From contig CAWCVB010000006.1 in the NCBI GenBank assembly GCA_963798915.1, forward strand, positions 160,001 through 224,000: a stretch of 64,000 nucleotides of DNA, read 5' to 3'. Both the position numbers and the translations under genes were made by a program. Origin of the DNA: an uncultured Gemmatimonadales bacterium (GTDB lineage Bacteria; Gemmatimonadota; Gemmatimonadetes; Gemmatimonadales; GWC2-71-9). The stretch's first letter is position 1, and the number at the start of each line of letters is the position of its first letter. Positions 1-11,729 of this stretch are shown one piece after another. The notes beneath the pieces are model-generated. The model was not told where the DNA came from, searched no databases, and saw only the letters and a program-made list of their open reading frames with translations.

Positions 1-357
1 GCCCAGCACCGCGTCGAGCGCTCCGGAGACTTCGCGCGCGGCCGCCTGCGTATCGTTGGGGTCGGTGCCGGCCAGGGACGAGCGGGCCCGAATGACATAA
101 TCCTGGTCACTGCCGAAGGATTGGATCTCGGCGTTGTGGATACCGTGTGCCTCCAGCCCGCTGCGCAGCTGGCTCACGTCCACGGCCTGGGCGCTGTGGA
201 CCTGGATCAGCGTGCCGCCAGTGAACTCCACGCTGTAATTGAGGCCGCGCACGGCCAGCACGATGAGCCCGGGAATCACGAACAGCGCCGTGACGGCGTA
301 CGCCCAGCGTCGCAGGCCGATGAAGTCGTAGTTGGCGTGGGCAAAGAAGCGAGTCAT
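1..357 (-). CDS. secF: Protein translocase subunit SecF (3' part outside window)
   Basis: Hand translation from ATG at 357: MTRFFAHANYDFIGLRRWAY...RGLNYSVEFTGGT, the SecF N-terminal GG motif; lies directly after secD. Confidence 0.93.
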   Translation of the reverse strand, partial: MTRFFAHANYDFIGLRRWAYAVTALFVIPGLIVLAVRGLNYSVEFTGGTLIQVHSAQAVDVSQLRSGLEAHGIHNAEIQSFGSDQDYVIRARSSLAGTDPNDTQAAAREVSGALDAVLG

Positions 358-359
358 AG

Positions 360-2000
360 TCAGATGCTCAGCGTGGACATCTCGGGCCGTCGTTCCAGCC
401 AGAGAATGAAGAAGGTCCGCGTGACAAATACCGCGGTGATCATGGAGGCGATGATGCCGAGGATCAGCGTGACCGCGAATCCCTTGACCGGGCCCGTCCC
501 GAACTGGAAGAGGAAGAGCGCCGTCAGCACCGTGCTCACGTTGGAGTCCACGATGGCGTTCATCGCATGGCGGAAGCCCTCATCGACGGCCAGCCGCACG
601 CTCTTGCCGTGCTGCAGCTCCTCGCGGATCCGCTCGAAGATCAGCACGTTGGCGTCGACCGCGATGCCTACCGAGAGGACCAGGCCGGCAAAACCGGGCA
701 GCGTCAGCGTCGCATCCAGTGCCGCGAGGCCCGCCAGGGTGAAGAGCACGTAGAGGACGAGCGCCAGCACCGCGAGTGCCCCGCTGACACGATAGTAGAC
801 GAGCATGATCAGTACCACGAGCACCGTCCCGATGATGCCGGCCTTGATGCCCGCCGTGATCGAGTCGGCACCCAGGCTGGCGCCCACCTGGCCCTGCTCG
901 ACGATCTTGAGCGGAATCGGCAGCGCGCCAGCCCGGAGGGTCAGCGCCAGGTCCTGCGCGTCGCCGATCGACTTCCCCTGCAGGGTGATCCGTCCACTGC
1001 GCCCGATCCGGTCCTGGATGACGGGCGGCCGCCCCTGCACCGCGCCATCCAGCAGGATGGCCATGTAATCGCCAATGTGCCGGCCGGTCTCCTCGCCAAA
1101 ACGCCGGCCGCCGGCGTGATCAAGCTCAAAATTCACGACCGGGCCGTTGGTGATCGGGTCCAGCTGGGCCTGGGCGTCCACCAGCCGGTCACCGGTGACC
1201 ATGGCGCGGGTGTCAAGCGTATACAGGTAGCGGTACGACTCGACTCCAACGCTCACCGGGAGGGAACTCCATCGCAGGGCCACCCCGCGAGGCAGTACTC
1301 GCTGCACCGACGGAATATTGATGAGACTGTCGACGCGGGGGTATGCGGTTTCCTTGACCAGGTACTCGCCCGGCATCTGTCCCGATGGCTGAATCAGGTC
1401 TTCCAGCACGCCGCCCGCCGCTGCGGCGGTGTCGGCAGCCGTGGAGTCGGCCGCGTTCGTGGAGTCACCGCCCAGCAGCTGTTGCACCGCCGAAGGCCTG
1501 GCGGGTGCCGCACCCGGGCCCCCCGTTACGCCCAGCGTCCGCAGCTCGCGGTCCATGGCGGGAAGCGCATTCTCGAGCGCATTGCTCTTGTCGGTGAGCC
1601 GGAATTCGAGGAAGGCGCTGCGCTCGACAATGGCCTTGGCGCGCTCGGGATCGGTGATGCCGGCCAGCTCGACAACGATGCGGTCGTCACCCTGCTGCTG
1701 GATGAGCGGCTCCTCGACCCCGAATTCGGCAATGCGCTTGCGGAGCACCTGGAGCGCGAGCCCGATATCACGCTTCACGTCGCTGCTGACCTGCTTGCTC
1801 TGGTCCAGTTCGAGCTCGAGGTGCATGCCGCCCTGGAGGTCGAGCCCGAGCTTGATGGGGATGCGCCGTTCCACGGTATCACGGATGACGTTGTTCTCGC
1901 CCCGGATCCGTGAGGTGACGGTTCGGGGAAAGAGGAAATACCCACTCGCCACGAGAAGCACGCCGATGATGATCAGCCGATTGCGGATAGAATCGAACAT
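360..2000 (-). CDS. secD: Protein translocase subunit SecD
   Basis: LGLDLQGG motif, RIVVELAG, LRAGALP, GIAVDANVLIFERIREE, C-terminal TM bundle. Confidence 0.97.
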   Translation of the reverse strand: MFDSIRNRLIIIGVLLVASGYFLFPRTVTSRIRGENNVIRDTVERRIPIKLGLDLQGGMHLELELDQSKQVSSDVKRDIGLALQVLRKRIAEFGVEEPLIQQQGDDRIVVELAGITDPERAKAIVERSAFLEFRLTDKSNALENALPAMDRELRTLGVTGGPGAAPARPSAVQQLLGGDSTNAADSTAADTAAAAGGVLEDLIQPSGQMPGEYLVKETAYPRVDSLINIPSVQRVLPRGVALRWSSLPVSVGVESYRYLYTLDTRAMVTGDRLVDAQAQLDPITNGPVVNFELDHAGGRRFGEETGRHIGDYMAILLDGAVQGRPPVIQDRIGRSGRITLQGKSIGDAQDLALTLRAGALPIPLKIVEQGQVGASLGADSITAGIKAGIIGTVLVVLIMLVYYRVSGALAVLALVLYVLFTLAGLAALDATLTLPGFAGLVLSVGIAVDANVLIFERIREELQHGKSVRLAVDEGFRHAMNAIVDSNVSTVLTALFLFQFGTGPVKGFAVTLILGIIASMITAVFVTRTFFILWLERRPEMSTLSI

Positions 2001-2030
2001 GGCCGCCCAGAGACGCGGGCCAAGCGCCCG

Positions 2031-2930
2031 CTAAGGTTCCAGTTGCACCCGGGCCAAAGCTGCCCGGGCGTCGGCGCCATCGCGCGCCAGTTGTGCCACC
2101 AGCTCCTCCGCCGATGCGAACCGGCGGATGTCGCGCAGACGATGCAGCCAGGTCAGCCGCACCCGCTGACCGTAGAGCTGCCCGGCAAAGTCGAACAAGT
2201 GCGCCTCCAGGGTCCGCGGGGCCTCATCAAATGTCGGCCTGGCGCCCTGGTTCATCATGCCGCCGAAGCGCCCGTGTCGCGTCTCCACCTGGACCGCGTA
2301 TACCCCGTCCGGCGGCAGCAGCTTCCGTGAGGGCACTTCGGCAAGGTTGATGGTCGGGACGCCCAATCCCCGGCCGCGCCCTGCCCCGGCGACCACGACG
2401 CCGCTCACCGTGTACCGTCGCCCCAGCAACCGCGCCGCCGAGTTCAGGTCGCCGCCGGCCACGGCGCGGCGGATTCGCGAGCTCGAGACATGAGCGCTGT
2501 CCGCACCGACCGCCTGCACCACGTCCACTGCGAATCCGTGCCGCCTGCCCAGCTCGCGCAACGTCGACTCATCACCACTGCGTCCGTGACCGAAGCGGTG
2601 GTCATGGCCGATCACCAGTTCGCGCATGCCCAGCTGCGCCAGCAGGAGATCGCGCACGAACGCCTCGGGGGTCAGCGCCGCAAGCGCCCGGTCAAACGGG
2701 AGCACCACCACGCGATCGACACCGATGGTGGCGAGCGCCTCGAGTCGTTCGGCCCCGGGCGTGAGCAACGGCGGGGCGGCCTGCGGATTCACGACCTGGA
2801 GCGGGTGTGGCTCAAAGGTCACCAGAACGCTTTGGGCCCGCCGGGCCTCAGCTCGCCGCTTGATCTCGTCGATGACGGCGCGATGCCCCGGGTGCACACC
2901 GTCAAACGACCCGACCGTGACGACGCTCAT
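2031..2930 (-). CDS. ribF: Bifunctional riboflavin kinase/FAD synthetase
   Basis: GSFDGVHPGH, GHDHRFG, SSSRIR, GRGLGVPTIN, GARPTF, LEAHLFDF. Confidence 0.96.
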   Translation of the reverse strand: MSVVTVGSFDGVHPGHRAVIDEIKRRAEARRAQSVLVTFEPHPLQVVNPQAAPPLLTPGAERLEALATIGVDRVVVLPFDRALAALTPEAFVRDLLLAQLGMRELVIGHDHRFGHGRSGDESTLRELGRRHGFAVDVVQAVGADSAHVSSSRIRRAVAGGDLNSAARLLGRRYTVSGVVVAGAGRGRGLGVPTINLAEVPSRKLLPPDGVYAVQVETRHGRFGGMMNQGARPTFDEAPRTLEAHLFDFAGQLYGQRVRLTWLHRLRDIRRFASAEELVAQLARDGADARAALARVQLEP

Positions 2931-3766
2931 GGCGGATCGACCAGCACGACAGTGGGACGGAGCACCACGCCCGTGGTCGCTCCTATGCCGATCAGCCGCT
3001 CCTCATCCCGGACTGCGACCGCCTCCGCAATCTCGCTGGTCCAGGCGACCGGGCGTCCGTGGCAGAAGTCCGCCGCGAGCGCTCCGGACAGCCCAACAGA
3101 CGGCATTGCCTCGAGCACCGCATCGGCCGGTCGGAGCGAGACGCCGGAAAGAACCGCGTCGAGTGGCAGGGCCGACGACACGTCCATCGCTCCGATGCAT
3201 TCCCGCCGGAGCGCTGTCAGGTGTGCCCCGGTACCGAGCATCTCGCCAAGATCGCGGGCGATGGCGCGAAGATACGTGCCCCGCCCCACCCGCGCCCGGA
3301 ACGTCACCTCGTCATTCCGGCGCCCGAGGAACTCCAGTGCATGGACTCTGACGGCCACGTCCGGCAATGGCACCGCCTGGCCACGTCGTGCCAGCTGGTA
3401 GCTTCGGCGTCCATCCACGTGCTTGGCCGAGAACGCGGGAGGGCGCTGGAGGCGTTCACCAATCAAGCCCGAAAAGGCGCCGGCGATCGCCTCGTCGGTG
3501 ACCGCGAGTGACGTTCCGCCGATGACGGTACCGGTGAGGTCATCAGTGTCGGTGGTGACGCCCAGTCGCGCCGTCGCCCGATAGACCTTGTCCTGACCTT
3601 CGACGTAGCGCGCCAGCCGTGTCGCCCGCCCCGCCAGGACAACGAGCAGTCCGGTTGCAAAGGGGTCGAGGGTGCCGGTGTGCCCGACCCGGCGAATGCC
3701 CAGTGCCTTCCGCACCCGGGCGACGACATCATGCGAGGTTGGGCCCGCCGGCTTGTCGATGAGCAA
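2927..3766 (-). CDS. truB: tRNA pseudouridine(55) synthase (start may be CTG at 3778)
   Basis: DKPAGPTSHDVV, GHTGTLDPFATG, PPAFSAK, GTYLRAIARDLG. Confidence 0.96.
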   Translation of the reverse strand: MLIDKPAGPTSHDVVARVRKALGIRRVGHTGTLDPFATGLLVVLAGRATRLARYVEGQDKVYRATARLGVTTDTDDLTGTVIGGTSLAVTDEAIAGAFSGLIGERLQRPPAFSAKHVDGRRSYQLARRGQAVPLPDVAVRVHALEFLGRRNDEVTFRARVGRGTYLRAIARDLGEMLGTGAHLTALRRECIGAMDVSSALPLDAVLSGVSLRPADAVLEAMPSVGLSGALAADFCHGRPVAWTSEIAEAVAVRDEERLIGIGATTGVVLRPTVVLVDPP

Positions 3767-3774
3767 AGCGCCCG

Positions 3775-4137
3775 TCAGTGCTGTTCCTCGCGCCGCAGGT
3801 CCGCCAGAATCTGTTCAATCCGCTGGGCGTGCTCCAGGCCTCGATCGAGCTCCATGTGCAGCTCCGGCACGGAGCGCGTCGTGAGCACCTTGGCCACGAG
3901 GCTGCGCAGGTAGCCGGCCGCGCTCTCGAGGCCCTCCATCGCACGTTCGCGTTCGGCGTCATCACCCAGCGGGCTGACGAAGACCTTGGCATGGGACAAG
4001 TCGGCGGTGACGTCCACGCGCGTGACCGTGACCAGCCCGATGCGCGGGTCCCGGAGTTCACCCCGGCTGAGCGCGTCAGCGACGACCTGCCGGATCGTCT
4101 CGCCCACCTGCTCCGGGCGTCGCGATGAACCCTTCAC
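3775..4137 (-). CDS. rbfA: 30S ribosome-binding factor A
   Basis: LRDPRIGLVTVTRVDVTADLSHAKVFVS, PELH; canonical position after infB. Confidence 0.96.
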   Translation of the reverse strand: MKGSSRRPEQVGETIRQVVADALSRGELRDPRIGLVTVTRVDVTADLSHAKVFVSPLGDDAERERAMEGLESAAGYLRSLVAKVLTTRSVPELHMELDRGLEHAQRIEQILADLRREEQH

Positions 4138-4415
4138 CGATATACCGTCACAGAATCCATGATGCGTACCCCATCTGCGGCTTCAACGAGCCGGTCAGCA
4201 TGCCGCAGTGTTTCCTCGACGACTCGTCGATCCGAGCCGATCGCCGCGCAGGCGAGTTCCGATTCCTGCCAGCGATCCTGCGACCCGGTCTCCGCGACAG
4301 AGACATTGCACTGCTGGCGCAATCTTGCCAGCAGTGGCTTGATAATGCTGCGCTTCTCCTTGAGCGAGTGACAGCCCGCCAGGTGCACCTGCCACTCGCT
4401 GATTCCCACCAGCAC
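4134..4415 (-). CDS. DUF503 (YlxP-like) protein
   Basis: GTG at 4415: VLVGISEWQVHLAGCHSLKEKRSIIK...NVSVAE...QDRWQ; typical infB-DUF503-rbfA order. Confidence 0.88.
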   Translation of the reverse strand: MLVGISEWQVHLAGCHSLKEKRSIIKPLLARLRQQCNVSVAETGSQDRWQESELACAAIGSDRRVVEETLRHADRLVEAADGVRIMDSVTVYR

Positions 4416-4416
4416 G

Positions 4417-7136
<2,720 letters not shown>

Positions 7137-7137
<1 letters not shown>

Positions 7138-7454
7138 TACTTGCCTCCCTCACGGGCGTCCGGTGCCAGGGCCACCAGGCCACTGGCTAATGCGCGATCC
7201 CGGACACCGACCGCCATCACCGGCGGTTTTCCCAGCTGGACGCCGATCGCGGCGGCGGCCGGTCCGGCGAGCAGCGGCACGTGACGTGCTCCTGCCAACC
7301 GCACCACCTTGTCGCGTGTCCGCGCACTGGCATCGCCAGCGAGCACCACGCAAAACAACCGATCCTGCTGCAGCGCACGCCGGACCGCGTCGGTCCCGAC
7401 CACCAGCATGCCTCCGTTGCGCCCCAGCCCCAGCAAACCCAGCAGCGCACTCAC
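7137..7454 (-). CDS. L7Ae/L30e family RNA-binding protein (YlxQ-like)
   Basis: LLGLGRNGGMLVVG...VVLAGDAS...IGVQLGK; sits between nusA and infB. Confidence 0.85.
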
Positions 7455-8770
7455 GCGGCGCCGCTGCTCTCCTCGCCATCTTCATCCGCCAGTTCGGACA
7501 GAAAGGCCATCAGCGCCTCCACCTGCTCGGGCGCCAGGCCCGGCACGGCGGCCAGCTCCTCGCGGTCCAGGTCGAACACGTCTTCCAGCGTGTTGTAACC
7601 GGCGCCAGCCAGGATGGCGACGATTTCGGGCGTCAGGCCTTCCAGCTCCGCCAGCGGCACCTGCGAAGCCGCCGCATCCTCGGGAGGCAGTGGGGCGAAC
7701 AGCGGACCCTCGCCGCCCCGCTCCATCCATTCGCGACTGGAGTAGAGATCGATCTTCCAGCCGGTGAGCTCCGAGGCCAGCCGGACGTTCTGTCCATTGC
7801 GGCCGATGGCGAGCGACAACTGATCTTCATCCACCACCGCCTGAATGGTCTTGGCGGCGGAATCGGCGAAGACCTTGGCCACGCGGGCCGGCGCCAGTGC
7901 CAGGCGGGCGAAACGCTCGGGGTCAGGCGACCAGGGGACGATGTCGATCCGCTCGCCGCCCAGTTCGTTGACGACCGCCTGAACTCGGGAACCCTTGAGG
8001 CCGACGCAGGCGCCCACCGGATCAATGGCATCGTCGCGCGAAATGACGGCCACCTTGGTCCGGCTGCCCACTTCGCGCGCGATGGCCCGGATCTCGACGA
8101 TCTGCTGCTGGATTTCCGGCACTTCGAGCTTGAAGAGCGCCTTGACGAACAGCGGATCAGCACGGCTCAGGATGAGCCGGGGCCCCTTGGGCGTCTCTTC
8201 CAGGCGCTTGAGCACCGCCCGCATCGTGTCGCCCTGGTGGAAATGCTCGCGGTGGTTCTGCTCGCGGTACGGCATGATCGCCTCCGCCTCGCGGAACTTG
8301 TTGAGCATCACGACCAGCTTGCCGCGCTCGATCTGCTGGATTTCACCCGCCAGCAGCTCGCCGACCCGGTCGGCGAACTCCTCGCGGATGCGCATCCGCT
8401 CGCCTTCGCGCACCCGCTGGATGATCCGCTGCTTGGCCGCCTGCACCGCGAGCCGGCCGAACTCCTGGAAGGGAACCTCCTCTTCCAGCATGTCACCGAC
8501 CTGGAACTCCGGATCAATGAAGCGCGCCTCCTCGACCGAGACCTGCGCACTGGCATCTTCAACGAGTTCCACCACCTGGCGAAGTCGAATGATCTCGATC
8601 GAACCATTGAGTTCATCGACATTGAGTTCGAACCGCACGTTGGGGCCGTACTTGCGGACCAGCGCGGCGTGGATGCCGTCGCGCAGGAGATCGAGCAGGT
8701 CGGACCGCTCGAGCTGCTTGGTGCTGGTGAGCTCGCGGAAGGCCGCGAGCATCTCGGTGGAACCTGACAT
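7451..8770 (-). CDS. nusA: Transcription termination/antitermination factor NusA
   Basis: ATG at 8770 (MSGSTEML); FGRLAVQAAKQ, FKLEVPEI, VGACVGLKGSR, AIGRNGQNVRLA; the ORF-track extension to 9058 is not NusA-like. Confidence 0.97.
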   Translation of the reverse strand: MSGSTEMLAAFRELTSTKQLERSDLLDLLRDGIHAALVRKYGPNVRFELNVDELNGSIEIIRLRQVVELVEDASAQVSVEEARFIDPEFQVGDMLEEEVPFQEFGRLAVQAAKQRIIQRVREGERMRIREEFADRVGELLAGEIQQIERGKLVVMLNKFREAEAIMPYREQNHREHFHQGDTMRAVLKRLEETPKGPRLILSRADPLFVKALFKLEVPEIQQQIVEIRAIAREVGSRTKVAVISRDDAIDPVGACVGLKGSRVQAVVNELGGERIDIVPWSPDPERFARLALAPARVAKVFADSAAKTIQAVVDEDQLSLAIGRNGQNVRLASELTGWKIDLYSSREWMERGGEGPLFAPLPPEDAAASQVPLAELEGLTPEIVAILAGAGYNTLEDVFDLDREELAAVPGLAPEQVEALMAFLSELADEDGEESSGAA

Positions 8771-8774
8771 CCTT

Positions 8775-8988
8775 CGTTCGCTCCTGGACGAGTCGTACGA
8801 CGTTCGTCGTACGACGTATGACCCATACCCAAAAATCCGCCGTGACCCAGGGCCCGGCAGGCTGGCGACTGACTCGATTCGCACCTGAAGGAGAGGACGA
8901 CGACGTGCCTCGTCCACCGAAGGTCGGCGGAGTGACTTCCGCTCCCCCAGGGGGGACCGGATGGCGCAAGACACGTGTCCCTGGGCAT
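8775..8988 (-). pseudogene. rimP: Decayed remnant of ribosome maturation factor RimP
   Basis: Occupies the rimP position upstream of nusA; RimP-like fragments in different frames: ADLR, RRPLLQVRIE..LPGPG, VTADFWVWVIRR (cf. GVTxDDCxxVSR), VRLV. Confidence 0.6.
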
Positions 8989-8996
8989 GCGATCCG

Positions 8997-9026
8997 AAAA
9001 AAAATGTGGGGGAAACACCCCCACAT
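8997..9026 (-). terminator. Intrinsic terminator/attenuator in the rimP-nusA leader
   Basis: Minus strand ATGTGGGGG-TGTTT-CCCCCACAT followed by a T tract. Confidence 0.8.
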
Positions 9027-9069
9027 CCGCAGCAGCGACCCGGGTGGGCCGACCACACAGCACAAGAAA

Positions 9070-9864
9070 CTACCCCATGCCCGGGGTGACGTCAACACCG
9101 TCGGGCAGACCCAGATACGCGACCATGCGTCCGTCGATCCCGCCTGAGGCACGGTGGCTGTAGAACAACGGACGATGATGAGCCGTGCACCATGACGACG
9201 TGGTCATCTCACCGACGCCAGCCGCATGGCCCTGTTCGATCAGCCGCTCCCGAAGGTCCACGTGCCAAGGTCCCCGGTCATCCCCCCGCAGGCCGACCGC
9301 TTCCAGCACTTCAGGTCCCACTTCATAGCATGGCCCGCAGATGCTTACCCCACAATGCATTACGAGATCGCCCGGGTTGACCCCAGCGTGCGCCTTCAGG
9401 AGCGCCAGTCCGCGGTCGAGGACGCCGGCGGCGGTGCCGCGCCAGCCGGCGTGCAACAGGGCGATCACCCGCTGTTCCGGCGCCAGCAGGTACACCGGAA
9501 CGCAGTCCGCCACGGTCACGGCGAGCAGCAGACCTGGTGTTGCGGTCGCGTGGCCATCCACGCCCTCGACCTGCACCCAGCCAGTGGCGCGCTCGTGCCA
9601 GACCACGTCGGTGCCATGGACCTGGGTACCAAGCACGACGCTCGAAAAGCCGGCGAGCGTCGAGCGGAATGCCCGCCACCGACCCATGACCTCTCCAGCC
9701 GGTGCGTCGGTCCAGAGGCCAAGGTCAAAGCCGCGGCCGGGAGCGTCACCACGCCCCGTGATGCCTGCGGTGACGCCGAAGCGCTGACCCCATTCCTCCA
9801 GCTCAAAGCGGGGCACCGGACCAGAGCGCGCTTGCTCAGTGCGGACGCCGACTACCTCAGCCAT
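9070..9864 (-). CDS. pgeF: YfiH/PgeF family purine nucleoside phosphorylase (laccase-domain protein)
   Basis: QVHG, VTVADCVPV, HAGWRG, SICGPCYEVG, CT...FYSHR, GRM; ATG at 9864 overlaps the murA stop. Confidence 0.9.
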   Translation of the reverse strand: MAEVVGVRTEQARSGPVPRFELEEWGQRFGVTAGITGRGDAPGRGFDLGLWTDAPAGEVMGRWRAFRSTLAGFSSVVLGTQVHGTDVVWHERATGWVQVEGVDGHATATPGLLLAVTVADCVPVYLLAPEQRVIALLHAGWRGTAAGVLDRGLALLKAHAGVNPGDLVMHCGVSICGPCYEVGPEVLEAVGLRGDDRGPWHVDLRERLIEQGHAAGVGEMTTSSWCTAHHRPLFYSHRASGGIDGRMVAYLGLPDGVDVTPGMG

Positions 9865-11143
9865 CGCGGCGCTCGATGTCGGCGCCAAGCGCACGGAGCC
9901 GTTCGTCGATCTTCTCGTAACCCCGCTCGATCTGGCCGATGTTATGAATGATGCTGGTGCCTTCCGCCGCGAGCGCGGCGGTGAGCATCGCCATCCCGGC
10001 CCGGATGTCGGGCGACTCCACTACCCCGCCCTTGAGGGCCGAAGGACCGGCGATGACGGCCCGGTGTGGATCACACAGGACGATCCGCGCTCCCATCCCG
10101 ATCAGCTTGTCCACGAAGAACAGGCGGCTCTCGAACATCTTCTCGAACACCAGCAGCATGCCGCTGCACTGGGTAGCACTCACGATGGTGGTCGACATGA
10201 CGTCGGCCGGAAAGGCCGGCCAGGGCCCGTCCTCCAGCTTCGGCACGTGGCCCCCGAGATCGGGGCGGATGCGACGCTCCTGCCCCGGCGTCACATGCAA
10301 CCGTGATCCGTCCAGCAGCGGACGGATGCCAAGCCGGTCAAATGCCAGCAGCGTGCTGCGCAGGTCTTCGCTGCGGACCGGTTCGATCGTAATGTCGCCG
10401 TTGGTGACCGCAGCAAGGCCGATGAAGCTGCCAATTTCGATGTGATCGGGACCGATGGTGTAGGAGGCGCCGCCCAGCGGCCGCGACCCCTCGATGACAT
10501 ACACGTTTGAGCCGATGCCCTCAATCTGCGCGCCCATGGCCACCAGACACCGGGCCAGATCCTGCACATGCGGCTCGGCGGCCGCATTGCGAAGGACGGT
10601 GCGCCCACGCGCGAGCGTGGCGGCCATCAGCGCGTTTTCGGTTCCGGTGACGCTGGGCTCATCGAGGAAGATGTCGGTCCCGGTCAGCCCCTTGGGAGCT
10701 TCCAGTTCATAGCGGTCCCCCAGCTCGACTGTGGCTCCCAGTGCCTCGAGCGCCAGGAAATGGGTGTCCACCCGCCGTCGGCCGATGACATCGCCGCCGG
10801 GTGGCGGCAGCACGCACTGGCCGAACCTCGCCACCAGCGGCCCAGCCAGCAGAATCGAGGCGCGGATCCGCGCGCAAAGGCCCGGATCCAGCGGCTTGGG
10901 CCTGACCGGCCGGGCATCGACCCGCAGGTGATTGGGACCGGTCCAGGCCACGTCGGCCCCCAGGTCCGCAAGCAGTTCGGCCATCGTGTCGACGTCGCGG
11001 ATGCGCGGGACGTTATCCAGCTCGACCGGGCCATCGGCAAGGACCGTAGCGGCCAGTATGGGGAGTGCAGCGTTCTTGTTGCCAGCGGGACGGATGCTGC
11101 CGCGGAGCTGTCGGCCGCCCCGAACCAGAAAGTGTGGAGGCAT
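9857..11143 (-). CDS. murA: UDP-N-acetylglucosamine 1-carboxyvinyltransferase
   Basis: GNKNAALP, RASILLAGPL, SVTGTEN, PWPAFPAD, DIRAG, IERGYE. Confidence 0.96.
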   Translation of the reverse strand: MPPHFLVRGGRQLRGSIRPAGNKNAALPILAATVLADGPVELDNVPRIRDVDTMAELLADLGADVAWTGPNHLRVDARPVRPKPLDPGLCARIRASILLAGPLVARFGQCVLPPPGGDVIGRRRVDTHFLALEALGATVELGDRYELEAPKGLTGTDIFLDEPSVTGTENALMAATLARGRTVLRNAAAEPHVQDLARCLVAMGAQIEGIGSNVYVIEGSRPLGGASYTIGPDHIEIGSFIGLAAVTNGDITIEPVRSEDLRSTLLAFDRLGIRPLLDGSRLHVTPGQERRIRPDLGGHVPKLEDGPWPAFPADVMSTTIVSATQCSGMLLVFEKMFESRLFFVDKLIGMGARIVLCDPHRAVIAGPSALKGGVVESPDIRAGMAMLTAALAAEGTSIIHNIGQIERGYEKIDERLRALGADIERRDG

Positions 11144-11252
11144 GGCCAAAGCTCGCGACCTGCGGGGCCCGGGGTCAAGCGCAACCCAGTGAGCCAGGCC
11201 GGCGTGGGTTATGTTTCACCGGCAGGTCCGACGCCCGACAGGAGGCTGTTCC

Positions 11253-11729
11253 ATGCTGATGCTGCTGCAGCAGGCGGTGCCCGCGGCTCCCCAATGGATC
11301 GGGATCGTGATGGCGCTGTCGCTGGCCGTCATAGCGGTCGCGGTGCTCGCGCTTGTCGTGGGCGCCTTCCGGCTCACCATGCGACTGAGCTCAGAACTCG
11401 ATGAGCGCCGCAACCTGATCAACAACTTGAGCCACGACGCGCAAGAAACAATGGAGAGCATTCGCAAGCTGGTCGCCGATGGCGAGGAGGTCACCACCAT
11501 GGTCCGCGACGAAGCCCAAGCGTTCGCCCGGACCGGGCGCCGGCTTCGCCGCAAGGTGCGCCGCGGTGTCGATCGGATCGAAGCCAAGCTGGTGGACCTG
11601 GAGGCGATCTATGATGTCGTACACGAGGAGGTCGAGGAAACCGCGCTGGATGTCGCCACCGGGCTGCGCCGGTTTCGCCGCGGCCGCGGCATCGTCGGCC
11701 GCATGACGCGGTTCCTCCTTCGCCGATGA
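11253..11729 (+). CDS. Membrane-anchored coiled-coil protein (DUF948-like)
   Basis: GGAGG RBS, one TM helix followed by a helical segment; ATGA overlap with the next gene. Confidence 0.65.
   Translation: MLMLLQQAVPAAPQWIGIVMALSLAVIAVAVLALVVGAFRLTMRLSSELDERRNLINNLSHDAQETMESIRKLVADGEEVTTMVRDEAQAFARTGRRLRRKVRRGVDRIEAKLVDLEAIYDVVHEEVEETALDVATGLRRFRRGRGIVGRMTRFLLRR

Noticed and set aside
8880..8966. Glycine-riboswitch-like pattern on the + strand (GGAGAG-hairpin-CACCGAAGG-hairpin-CCCCCAGG-GGGGAC)
   Set aside because: It lacks the GCAA and CUCUCAGG ligand residues, is antisense with no downstream gene, and the same bases are explained as rimP remnant codons. An Infernal scan with the Rfam glycine model would settle it.
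8771..9058. N-terminal extension of NusA in the ORF track
   Set aside because: Not NusA-like, and it runs through a terminator and the rimP remnant; ATG 8770 has an upstream purine-rich RBS
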